Virus genome (UHGV): UHGV-0029496
Origin: a virus
Length of the DNA: 24,034 nucleotides
Reading direction: 5' to 3' (one strand)
The position numbers and the translations under genes are program-made. Under the pieces are notes generated by a model. That model ran no database searches, was not told the DNA's origin, and worked only from the letters and a program-made list of their open reading frames with translations. Positions 16,938 through 24,034 of the stretch are shown one piece after another (within the stretch, counting starts at the first letter, position 1; every line of letters begins with the position of its first letter).

Positions 16938-17201
16938 CTATTCCAGAATATTCCTCACGTAATCCTGCAACATGAACACTTTCAGTCTCAGTTGCCGTAC
17001 GCATTCGGCGTTCTGAACATCAATAGCCAAATCCTCGTCTGTGTCGCTACTTGGCGCGGCCAGTTTGCACGGCGGCTGCATCATCGTCGTATCCGGGGAT
17101 GGAATTGGCGTTTGCGACGGCGCGGGACTTGAGCTGCACGCGCTCAGGGTCAAAAGTGCACACGCTGCGACCAGGCGTTTTAATGTACTTAACGACTTCA
17201 C
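16938..17201 (-). CDS. o-spanin (Rz1-like outer-membrane lipoprotein)
   Basis: GTG start with GAGGT SD; signal peptide plus perfect lipobox LSAC; Pro-rich mature part (CSSSPAPSQTPIPSPD); starts inside the Rz-like ORF in another frame and extends past its stop. Confidence 0.55.
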   Translation of the reverse strand: MKSLSTLKRLVAACALLTLSACSSSPAPSQTPIPSPDTTMMQPPCKLAAPSSDTDEDLAIDVQNAECVRQLRLKVFMLQDYVRNILE

Positions 17202-17433
17202 GGGTAATTACCTCTGATTTCGTCTTGCCTTCGTTGTCAGCGGCTGCGGCCTTTGATTCGTCCTGCTGCTGCCGTTGTGTTTTCTTCGCCAGCTCGGCCT
17301 GCGCTTTCTGCTGTTGCTGCGAAACGAGATTAGCCCGGCCTTCGTTCCACCCTTGAAGATAGTTGTATTTCCCGTAAGCGAAAACGAGAAACGCGGAACA
17401 TGCCGTGGTTATGATTGCTGCTTTAAGATTCAT
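17047..17433 (-). CDS. i-spanin (Rz-like)
   Basis: AAGGAG SD; N-terminal transmembrane segment AAIITTACSAFLVFAY followed by a Gln/Lys/Glu-rich coiled-coil region; overlapped by the lipoprotein ORF. Confidence 0.55.
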   Translation of the reverse strand: MNLKAAIITTACSAFLVFAYGKYNYLQGWNEGRANLVSQQQQKAQAELAKKTQRQQQDESKAAAADNEGKTKSEVITREVVKYIKTPGRSVCTFDPERVQLKSRAVANANSIPGYDDDAAAVQTGRAK

Positions 17434-17457
17434 GTTTCTCCTTTCTCGATAAGTAAA

Positions 17458-17477
17458 GCCCCGCCTTAAAGCGGGGC
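17458..17477 (-). promoter_or_regulatory. Hairpin in the 5' leader just upstream of the Rz-like RBS
   Basis: gccccgc-cttaaa-gcggggc (7-bp stem), followed on the minus strand by UUUACUUAUCG and then the SD. Confidence 0.35.
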
Positions 17478-17656
17478 GCTAGTCCTTATCATTTAAACAT
17501 AGAAACGGCGTAATCTCAGTAAACCAGTTACTTTTTACACAAGCAATAGACTATGGCCCTTCCGAACGCGTCAGCGACACTACACTCAGTGCTAACGCAC
17601 CGCTCCGTTCTCCTGCCGCGCCGCGGTCGCTTGTTCATACTTCACAAGCTCAGGTG

Positions 17657-17685
17657 GAGCTTATCATATTTTTAGTGAAAAGTCA
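17657..17685 (-). promoter_or_regulatory. Sigma70-like promoter candidate driving minus-strand genes
   Basis: Minus strand TTGACT (plus 17680-17685), 17-nt spacer, TGaTAAGCT extended -10 (plus 17657-17662). Confidence 0.3.
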
Positions 17686-17691
17686 ACTATT

Positions 17692-17710
17692 CGAATAGTT
17701 TATTCCAACA
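17692..17710 (-). repeat. Copy B of the repeated intergenic motif, 6 nt upstream of the TTGACT -35 candidate
   Basis: See copy A; core ttattccaacat at plus 17699-17710. Confidence 0.5.
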
Positions 17711-17744
17711 TTTACAATTGAGGGGAATAACTGGAATAATCACA

Positions 17745-17770
17745 GGCATTAAAAAGCCCCTTTCGGGGCT
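17745..17770 (-). terminator. Rho-independent terminator after the Ig-like gene
   Basis: aagcccc-tttc-ggggctt (7-bp stem) followed on the minus strand by UUUUAAUG; starts 6 nt after the stop codon. Confidence 0.7.
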
Positions 17771-17775
17771 TCAGT

Positions 17776-18237
17776 TTATTCCGGCTTAGTAACCTTCGCC
17801 GCTTTGCTTACGGCCTCTACACCATCGGCATCGGTGGCTTTAACGAAGTATTCACCGACTGCATTAACTGTCAGAGACAGAGCCTCTTCCGGGGCGTTTA
17901 CCACTTCCTTACCGTCTTTGTACCAGGTCAGAGCATACGGGGCTTTACCCGCCTTAACTTCGACAGTGATAGTCGCACTGCCGTCTGCCAGTTCAGCGTC
18001 TTTCGGCTGTACCGAGAAGTACACGTCACCTGCATTGACCAAATACGGAATCTCATAAACCATACCTGCCGCGGGTAACGCAATACCGGTCTTGTCAGCA
18101 AACGGCATATCGTCTACAGGCGAACCCAGTACACTTTCATCTTCAATAAACACCACGTTCTCACCAGAGCCAGACACACGGGCGTACTGGACTACGCGAC
18201 GCGACGGCACATCAGTTACTTTGAAAAAGCCCATCAT
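17776..18237 (-). CDS. Ig-like domain protein (minor capsid or decoration candidate)
   Basis: AAGGGG SD; ATGATG start overlaps the upstream stop; C-terminal Ig-type signature YALTWYKDGKEV. Confidence 0.5.
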   Translation of the reverse strand: MMGFFKVTDVPSRRVVQYARVSGSGENVVFIEDESVLGSPVDDMPFADKTGIALPAAGMVYEIPYLVNAGDVYFSVQPKDAELADGSATITVEVKAGKAPYALTWYKDGKEVVNAPEEALSLTVNAVGEYFVKATDADGVEAVSKAAKVTKPE

Positions 18238-19313
18238 TATTCCCCTTTCAGATAATCAGCAACACGTTTATCGAGTTCCGCCATCTGCTTAAGCGTGAGC
18301 GGATTCCCGAAACCATCTACAGATATTACGCGAAACTCTTCCGGCGATATACCGCTGTTGCGGAAAATCTTACCGCGGGTCGGTCCGAGTGCTTCATCCT
18401 GAAACCATGCTGGTTGTTGTTTCAGGAACTCGTAATAGGTTGTGTCCGCGCTTACCTGAGTACCCCCGTCTGCACCCTTAGCCGCACGTTTTGCACCTTT
18501 ATCGAGGAAGTCGAACTCGGAACTGATTACCGGGGCCGTGCACGATCGACAGTTCGGATGGGCTGGGGGCATTGGACCTTTACCGATTTCCCACGTCATC
18601 CCATCTCTGGCTCTGCAAATCGTACTGGTACGGCTGTCCAGCGTCGACACCCATTCGTACTTCTCGATGATGTCGTCGTTCTGGCGGTACGTCTCGTTAC
18701 GCGCTTCGTTGGACACGTGCGACAGCGCGGTGCGGATTACTGTAGCTGCGTTACGTTCAGAGATGTCGGCAAGCCCACCCGCACCAACAACATTCTTAAC
18801 AATCTGCCGTGTGGTTTGACCTTGTACAAAACCCATCTTAACACCGGTTACCAGGCGCGATACTTCTGTTTCCCCCCAGCCATCCATCAGCTTCGTGAAA
18901 TCAACAGGCTTGTCACTTAACGATAATGGCTGAAACTCGGCCGCGGCCCACACCTGTTCCGCGGTAGGTGTGACAAATTCCGCGTTAACGTTGGTGGTAA
19001 GTGTCTTTACGTTCCACTCGGCCTCATACGCCGCCAGTTCCTTAAGGTCTTCTGTCAGCTTCGTTTGCCAATCACCGGTAAGCCTGGTCAATGCTTCTTC
19101 CAGGTCGCGCAACAATTTATTCAGTCGCGCAGTGCTGCGCCCATCGTCGCCGAATAACAGCACCTGCCGTTTGATTTCATCTCGCATCTCCTGGATGAAC
19201 GGTGCGAGGTCTTTCACTTCACCGGATGCGGTGCGTTGTAGCCATATCTGGTGGCTGATTAGTGATGTCAGTAAGCTCATAGATAAACCCTGTGGCGCTA
19301 AAGTTAATAGCAT
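18237..19313 (-). CDS. Head morphogenesis protein (Mu gpF / SPP1 gp7-like)
   Basis: 358 aa immediately downstream of the portal gene; C-terminal conserved PMPPAHPNCRSC motif characteristic of Mu-F-like proteins. Confidence 0.8.
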   Translation of the reverse strand: MLLTLAPQGLSMSLLTSLISHQIWLQRTASGEVKDLAPFIQEMRDEIKRQVLLFGDDGRSTARLNKLLRDLEEALTRLTGDWQTKLTEDLKELAAYEAEWNVKTLTTNVNAEFVTPTAEQVWAAAEFQPLSLSDKPVDFTKLMDGWGETEVSRLVTGVKMGFVQGQTTRQIVKNVVGAGGLADISERNAATVIRTALSHVSNEARNETYRQNDDIIEKYEWVSTLDSRTSTICRARDGMTWEIGKGPMPPAHPNCRSCTAPVISSEFDFLDKGAKRAAKGADGGTQVSADTTYYEFLKQQPAWFQDEALGPTRGKIFRNSGISPEEFRVISVDGFGNPLTLKQMAELDKRVADYLKGE

Positions 19314-19314
19314 A

Positions 19315-19339
19315 CTATAAGAAAGCCCCTTTCGGGGCT
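19315..19339 (-). terminator. Hairpin between the portal and head morphogenesis genes (partial terminator or attenuator)
   Basis: agcccc-tttc-ggggct, the same 18-mer as at 17752-17769; followed on the minus strand by UUCUUAUAG. Confidence 0.4.
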
Positions 19340-19349
19340 ATATGTGAAC

Positions 19350-20831
19350 TTACTGCTGATTGGCGTCCTGTTGTTGCGCCGACTGCGGAATCTCTCCTGA
19401 TACCTGAGCAACAGCACCTAATGGTAGGGGTGCGTCCTCAATCGCAGTCTTAATCTCCTCGTCAGTCCAGTCAGTAACCCCCGCCTTACGCAATGCCGCG
19501 TAGTAAGCAGTAGCGGGTAGCAGGCCGGCGTTAATATCCGCCATCCACTGCGCTCGTTCGGGCGCGGTCATCGGTTGCAGGAAGAACTCCATATTCAGTT
19601 TGAACTCAATCTCTGTGCCTTCACGCAACCCTAACATCGCAGCTACCCAGCGCAGCGCATCGGTGTACGCCATGCTTACGTTACGCGCGATTGTCGCCAT
19701 AACAGACGTGTCAGCACCACGTTGCAGGCGGGCCGATTCAGCGGTGATTTGCTGTGTCGGGGTGATAAGCTGCGCGCCAATCTGGATGGCCTGATTCTCT
19801 TTATCCAGCATGTTCTGTTTGGCGAGGTTATTCTCTCCCGCCTGGACCAGAAACGCGTTGCCGCCGTACCCGATGTTATGACCCGAACGTGACCCCATGC
19901 GCACGCCGTGGGGGTTGGCTTCTTTCCACTGTTCTATGCCCATGTTCTCCCCCGGGGCGATGAACAGAGTAGGCTGGCCAACAACGAAGCTGGACTCCTC
20001 ATTGTCTGCGCTGTTGCGGAAATGCCCAATATTAAGCTCAGCCAACGGCAGTAGAGGCGCATCGTCGATGGTCGCGTCGTTGTTGCTCGCCCCGATAAAC
20101 GTGAACGGGATTTTGCCGCGTAACTGTTCCCCAAGTTCCGGGAATATTTCGATTACTTCATCCTGGGCACCACCTTCGGCATCGAATCTGTAAATGCGCT
20201 GGCGGTAGCGCCCGTCAATCAGGTCAAGGACGCGGTATTGTTCACCGAACTTGGTTTCGAACTCTGCACCGGGTTCTGAGTATTCCCATACCTCACGCAG
20301 CACGACCATCGTCACGCGGTTAACTGAACCGACGCGAGTCAGTCGCCAGTTGATGATGTTCTCTGCGGTGTAGAATGCGATGACCGGGTTTAATAATCCA
20401 GCATTCTGTTCGGCCGCCGTGGCCGCAGCAGTCTCCGGGGCATCAACCAGCAACCCACCGCGGCCTACAGAGTCAATCTCCATCAGCGTATCCTGCGCGT
20501 GCTGCCACAGACCAACACCGGAGCCGTCCGCATTGCGTAACAGGTACTCCAGTTCAGGCGGAATAATTTGTTCCGGGTCTTTGCGCATCACCGACCCCAC
20601 CATCCCCGCCAGGGTACGCTTAGTGAAGTTGTAGCAGATAGCACCGTTCTCGTATTCTTCCTGGCGCTGGGCCGCGTAGGTCGGGTCAGGCTCATTCTTT
20701 CCGACGTTGCGAAGATAGCGAATAATGTCGCCTTCCAGAGCGTGGCGTACCTTCTGCCATTTATCGAAGTGATGCAGCCATTCCCGGTGTTTTGTCTTAA
20801 CACCTTGATTCTGACCGTTCATAGTTAACAT
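19350..20831 (-). CDS. Portal protein
   Basis: 493 aa between the terminase/HNH genes and the Mu-F-like gene; GGAG SD 9 nt before ATG 20831; size and position typical. Confidence 0.8.
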   Translation of the reverse strand: MLTMNGQNQGVKTKHREWLHHFDKWQKVRHALEGDIIRYLRNVGKNEPDPTYAAQRQEEYENGAICYNFTKRTLAGMVGSVMRKDPEQIIPPELEYLLRNADGSGVGLWQHAQDTLMEIDSVGRGGLLVDAPETAAATAAEQNAGLLNPVIAFYTAENIINWRLTRVGSVNRVTMVVLREVWEYSEPGAEFETKFGEQYRVLDLIDGRYRQRIYRFDAEGGAQDEVIEIFPELGEQLRGKIPFTFIGASNNDATIDDAPLLPLAELNIGHFRNSADNEESSFVVGQPTLFIAPGENMGIEQWKEANPHGVRMGSRSGHNIGYGGNAFLVQAGENNLAKQNMLDKENQAIQIGAQLITPTQQITAESARLQRGADTSVMATIARNVSMAYTDALRWVAAMLGLREGTEIEFKLNMEFFLQPMTAPERAQWMADINAGLLPATAYYAALRKAGVTDWTDEEIKTAIEDAPLPLGAVAQVSGEIPQSAQQQDANQQ

Positions 20832-20835
20832 AGTC

Positions 20836-21450
20836 TTACTCCGTAGTTAGTTTACGATATACAGCCGCGCACTTTCGCCCGCAGGTGACACGAGGTTTAT
20901 AGCGGTTATGCTCGTGAGTAGCGCCGCAGACGGGGCATATAGCTGTTACGTTATCTACCCCCGAAGCCCGTCTATGTGCCGCTAAGCATCTTTTAGAACA
21001 AAAACAATTCTCGCCCTTTGTCGGTATGGCCGTAAACTCTTTGTTGCAATAAGAGCATATTTTTTCAACCTTAACGTGAAGTTTGTCTTTTGTGGCTTCG
21101 TAATGTGCCTTATGCCACTGCCGGCCTGCTTCACTGGCGTGCCACTCTTTAGTTAAATGCTGGTGCTTGCGGCCCATTTCGGCCGACCTGGCACGCGCTT
21201 CATCAGTAGAGAAATGCAGATAGCTATGGTCTGACGCCGAAAGCATCTCTAGGTTTTCTATTTGATTATTTGAGCGGTCTTCGTCTTTATGGTGGATGTC
21301 ATACCCTTCTGGGATTTCCCCGTTGAAATATGACCATACAACTCTGTGCAACCTTTTAACAATTGATGAGTTCATAAAATAGTTACCACACAAATAGTAA
21401 CGCGTACCGTTAAATTCTTGGATTGTTGGGGATATAACTTTTACTCGCAT
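20836..21450 (-). CDS. HNH endonuclease with C-terminal Cys-rich zinc-ribbon region
   Basis: HNH core YDIHHKDEDRSNNQIENLEMLSASDHSYLH; Cys clusters CSYCNKEF, CFCSKRC, CPVCGATHEH, CGRKC. Track start is TTG 21477; ATG 21450 follows an AGGAGG SD. Confidence 0.8.
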   Translation of the reverse strand: MRVKVISPTIQEFNGTRYYLCGNYFMNSSIVKRLHRVVWSYFNGEIPEGYDIHHKDEDRSNNQIENLEMLSASDHSYLHFSTDEARARSAEMGRKHQHLTKEWHASEAGRQWHKAHYEATKDKLHVKVEKICSYCNKEFTAIPTKGENCFCSKRCLAAHRRASGVDNVTAICPVCGATHEHNRYKPRVTCGRKCAAVYRKLTTE

Positions 21451-21506
21451 ATAGCCTCCTGATTGTTTACCTGACAATATCAGTAAGACCGATGCGAGTA
21501 AATACG

Positions 21507-22742
21507 CTATAACGTGAATCTGACAGGAGTGTTGATAACAGGGCGGACAACAGGGAACAACCTATGCATACAATAACCTAAACTGTCGTTCCAGTCGTCG
21601 ATAGCCGGGTGAGTTTTAAACTTCTCCGGTTCACCATTATCGTTATACCCCTGCGTCTCCAGTGACTGCGTCAATTTAGGGCATTTTGAAGTGTTAACCC
21701 TCAAACGGCTATGTGACAAAAGAGCGTTAACCGCGTTTATTCTGTCTTTAACGAATGGGTTCTTACTCGGAGCGTTAACACGTAAGCCGGCCTTTTCGAT
21801 GATACCTATGTCGGATAACGATGCGTTAGTGTGGCCTGAGCGACCAGAGGCGTCAGGGTAAACCGTAACCGTATGGCCCGGATACCGTATCCTGACATTA
21901 TTGACGAAGTCGTCGGTATTATGGCTGACAAACTCATCAACAACCGTCGGGTTGCCGTCTTCGATAATGCTCACGGTGGCGCAACAGCCGCCGATGTTAA
22001 AGTCCAACCCTATGTGCAGAGCGTCTCCGTTCTGCAAGGTGCGAGTGGAGTCATGTGTGTTTCGTTTGAAATAGTGATACACCTTATTGGCCGTCAAACT
22101 GACAAATTCACCGTTGATATACATATCAGCCAAAGCCGCGTCGTAGTTCCTTCGTATCTGCTCGACGTAGCCGTCAGGTAAATATGGGTTCGACAATGTA
22201 GACGCCTTAATCAGTTCCGTAGAACTGTCAGCGTTAGTAACCCAATAGTCATACACAAATCCGGAGAATCCCTGGTCGGGCGTAGTCACGGCGGCAATAC
22301 TGTTCCCGCCCCTACATGGCTGTCGGGTGCGCTCTGAAATTTTACGCCACACCAGGGACGCCTGTTCTTTAGTAAGAACGTCAAGTTCATCGGCGACAGA
22401 ATGGGCTACTTCAAAAGCGATTAGACGGTTCGGGTTGTCATAGGACCTGAAAAACATAGTACCGTACCCCTTAACATGGATACTGTATTCCGATTTGTTG
22501 AGGTCATACTTAAGCCCCATCATATTCAGGTCATCAACCACACCAGGGATGGCGCGCAGCTTCAACAGGTCATATGTAGGCATGGTGTACAGGGTGTTTA
22601 TCCCGCGCTCGCGCAACATGAGATACAGGAGGCGCATAGTGGCCGCGCGGGACTTGCCCGCCCCCAGTCCAGCGACAATAGCTGGATGTGTCTTTGTACT
22701 GAATACAAAGTCCTGTTGGGGTTCTGTTAATGGAATATCCAT
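21507..22742 (-). CDS. Terminase large subunit
   Basis: Walker A GLGAGKS near the N-terminus, Walker-B-like LIAFEVAHSVADE, C-terminal Asp-rich nuclease-like region; TAATG overlap with the upstream small ORF. Confidence 0.85.
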   Translation of the reverse strand: MDIPLTEPQQDFVFSTKTHPAIVAGLGAGKSRAATMRLLYLMLRERGINTLYTMPTYDLLKLRAIPGVVDDLNMMGLKYDLNKSEYSIHVKGYGTMFFRSYDNPNRLIAFEVAHSVADELDVLTKEQASLVWRKISERTRQPCRGGNSIAAVTTPDQGFSGFVYDYWVTNADSSTELIKASTLSNPYLPDGYVEQIRRNYDAALADMYINGEFVSLTANKVYHYFKRNTHDSTRTLQNGDALHIGLDFNIGGCCATVSIIEDGNPTVVDEFVSHNTDDFVNNVRIRYPGHTVTVYPDASGRSGHTNASLSDIGIIEKAGLRVNAPSKNPFVKDRINAVNALLSHSRLRVNTSKCPKLTQSLETQGYNDNGEPEKFKTHPAIDDWNDSLGYCMHRLFPVVRPVINTPVRFTL

Positions 22743-23254
22743 TACTCGCCCCCCGGTTTAACAGCCTTAACGAAACGAATCTCGATAGGTTCAGAACCCT
22801 CGCCAGTCGATTCTTCTTTCTTATTCAGGCCCAGCTTCGCGGCAGCAAACGTAGCAGAGATACCCGCGGCCCCTGTCTCAGTGAAATACGCCTCTTCCAG
22901 CGCCTGTGCTGTCTCCCAGGCTTCTGCAAATGCGGGAATCTCGCGCAGCCACAGTTTGATAATCGGGATGGTGACGCCGATGTGTAAGGCGAAGCGGGCC
23001 AGTGACGGCGGTTTATCCTGAATCAGCGGGCGCTCGTCACCCTTAGACGTAGGCACAAGTTCCCATGACGTGCGGTCGAAGAAACGAATCAATTCGTCAC
23101 AATAGTCCGGGTCCCACAACGCGGCGGAATTACGGGATGATTGATAAAGGCTCTGTTTGCCGCGCGGTCGTTTACGGCGACGGTTTGCGCTAACAGCTTC
23201 TTCATGTGCAGCTTGCACCACCTCTGGCGATGGCTGCTTGAGTTTCAGCTTCAT
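22742..23254 (-). CDS. Terminase small subunit (by position and HTH-like segment)
   Basis: Directly upstream of and overlapping the large terminase gene; basic N-terminus (RRRKRPRGK) and helix-turn-helix-like LARFALHIGVTIPIIKLWLRE. Track start is GTG 23293; ATG 23254 follows an AAGGGGA SD. Confidence 0.5.
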   Translation of the reverse strand: MKLKLKQPSPEVVQAAHEEAVSANRRRKRPRGKQSLYQSSRNSAALWDPDYCDELIRFFDRTSWELVPTSKGDERPLIQDKPPSLARFALHIGVTIPIIKLWLREIPAFAEAWETAQALEEAYFTETGAAGISATFAAAKLGLNKKEESTGEGSEPIEIRFVKAVKPGGE

Positions 23255-23294
23255 AGAATCCCCTTGCATATGCGTCTGACCATCAGAGCGCACC

Positions 23295-23325
23295 AGACGC
23301 GCCCTACGCGTCTAAAGGGATTATA
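23295..23325 (-). promoter_or_regulatory. Promoter / operator candidate upstream of the terminase genes
   Basis: Minus-strand TATAAT (plus 23320-23325) about 65 nt upstream of ATG 23254; inverted repeat agacgcg-cccta-cgcgtct (23295-23313) just downstream of it; GGGATT direct repeats nearby. Confidence 0.25.
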
Positions 23326-23345
23326 TAAGGGGATTGGGCGGGATG

Positions 23346-23372
23346 TACAGAAAAGCCATCCGTAGATGGCTT
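23346..23372 (-). terminator. Terminator-like hairpin upstream of the terminase genes
   Basis: agccatc-cgta-gatggct (7-8 bp stem) followed on the minus strand by UUUCUGUA. Confidence 0.45.
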
Positions 23373-23478
23373 GTCGGTCAGTTATATAGGCCGCGTCGTG
23401 GTGCTCTTTTACCATCGCCGCCGTAATGGTCGTTAGCTACGGCGATAGTCCAGGCGTTCGGGATGATTAACAGTTTCA

Positions 23479-23655
23479 TCAGCAAATATCTACCAGTACG
23501 TCGTAATTATCGCTTAGATACTGTAACGCATCCCCTCTTTCTACAAACTCGTCGCCAACAGCAAATGTTCCATCAGAGACGTCGATTAGGAGGTCATCGC
23601 GCCCGATAAACTGGAATACCACCTGCCCGTTGTCGTCAAGAAGCGTATGCAGCAT
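23479..23655 (-). CDS. Possible small acidic protein (58 aa)
   Basis: Hand-found ORF MLHTLLDDNGQVVFQFIGRDDLLIDVSDGTFAVGDEFVERGDALQYLSDNYDVLVDIC; no recognisable SD (A/U-rich upstream), so coding status is uncertain. Confidence 0.3.
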   Translation of the reverse strand: MLHTLLDDNGQVVFQFIGRDDLLIDVSDGTFAVGDEFVERGDALQYLSDNYDVLVDIC

Positions 23656-23676
23656 AAGTAATAATAGTTTTTTTGT

Positions 23677-23913
23677 TCATTCCCCACTCTCCTCTTTAGC
23701 AATACGTTGCTCAGTTTTAGTGATACCTCGGCGCGTGAATAATACCGGGCTTGTCTTAACGTGCGTCATCAGACGGTTGTTATAAATTACGTGGCGCTCG
23801 CAGTTCACGTCTTTGCTGTACTTCGCAATCGTCATTTCGTTGATGCCGGTTTGTCGGCATGTCTCGGCCATCGTACCAAATTCTTTAATCAGGTTCGGAA
23901 TGCTGGTAATCAT
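23677..23913 (-). CDS. Small HTH DNA-binding protein
   Basis: HTH-like segment TMAETCRQTGINEMTIAKY. Track start is GTG 23937; ATG 23913 forms an ATGA overlap with the stop of the upstream minus-strand frame. Confidence 0.55.
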   Translation of the reverse strand: MITSIPNLIKEFGTMAETCRQTGINEMTIAKYSKDVNCERHVIYNNRLMTHVKTSPVLFTRRGITKTEQRIAKEESGE

Positions 23914-24034
23914 CCTAAGAAATTCCTCGTTGTCCACATAGCATTCGGGTACTTGTTATCGCGGTCCCGTACTACGGCAATCATGTTTCCGCGCTGCATC
24001 AGGCAAAAGTGCCGTTGTTGTTCGCCGTTGTAGC
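23910..24034 (-). CDS. Hypothetical protein, C-terminal part (gene enters from beyond the window end)
   Basis: Minus-strand frame open from the window edge to TGA at 23910-23912 (...AVVRDRDNKYPNAMWTTRNFLG*), with the stop overlapping the next ATG. Confidence 0.35.
   Translation of the reverse strand, partial: YNGEQQRHFCLMQRGNMIAVVRDRDNKYPNAMWTTRNFLG

Noticed and set aside
17480-17640. Possible tRNA or 40-codon plus-strand ORF in the long intergenic region
   Set aside because: No cloverleaf-compatible arms or conserved tRNA boxes recognised by eye; the ORF has no RBS. Treated as a non-coding leader.
18414-19320. Plus-strand ORFs 18414..18920, 18538..18819 and 18970..19320
   Set aside because: Antisense to the Mu-F-like head morphogenesis gene, whose conserved HPNCRSC motif confirms the minus-strand frame.
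23254-23293. GTG 23293 or ATG 23269 as the small terminase start
   Set aside because: Neither has an SD; ATG 23254 is preceded by AAGGGGA at good spacing. The N-terminal extension is kept only as a possibility.
23378-23479. 33-codon minus-strand ORF coupled (TGATG) to the 58-aa ORF
   Set aside because: Too short, no RBS, and it overlaps the predicted terminator and promoter elements; more likely non-coding.
23761-24033. 90-aa plus-strand ORF at the window end
   Set aside because: Antisense to the HTH gene and the upstream minus-strand ORF, which are linked by an ATGA overlap; no RBS.
1-24034. CRISPR array, integrase / attachment site, or transposase
   Set aside because: No regularly spaced direct repeats, no recombinase-like ORF and no IS-like inverted-repeat-bounded element were seen; the only tandem repeat is the 18-bp AAC tract.

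Overview
The window reads as the late (packaging, head, neck, tail) region of a tailed dsDNA phage with a long non-contractile tail and a lambda-like tail-tip gene set, encoded almost entirely on the minus strand. Reading order on the minus strand (high to low coordinate): partial upstream gene, small HTH protein, terminase small and large subunits, HNH endonuclease, portal, Mu-F-like head morphogenesis protein, Ig-like protein, an Rz/Rz1-like spanin pair, scaffold, major capsid protein, Ig-like decoration protein, neck proteins, major tail protein, then G/G-T chaperone, tape measure, M-like, L-like, K-like (NlpC/P60), an I/J-like tip protein and the start of a tail fibre gene. Genes are tightly packed with many ATGA/TAATG start-stop overlaps. 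The most notable feature is a plus-strand cassette (about 8.4-11.0 kb) inserted between the major tail gene and the tail chaperone gene. It encodes a signal-peptide protein, an HTH-metallophosphoesterase fusion translationally coupled to two small proteins, and an AP2-HNH homing endonuclease, closed by a strong bidirectional terminator. No rRNA, tRNA or CRISPR array was seen. All calls come from reading the sequence and ORF translations by eye; no database search was run, so family names are motif-based recognitions and starts are best estimates.
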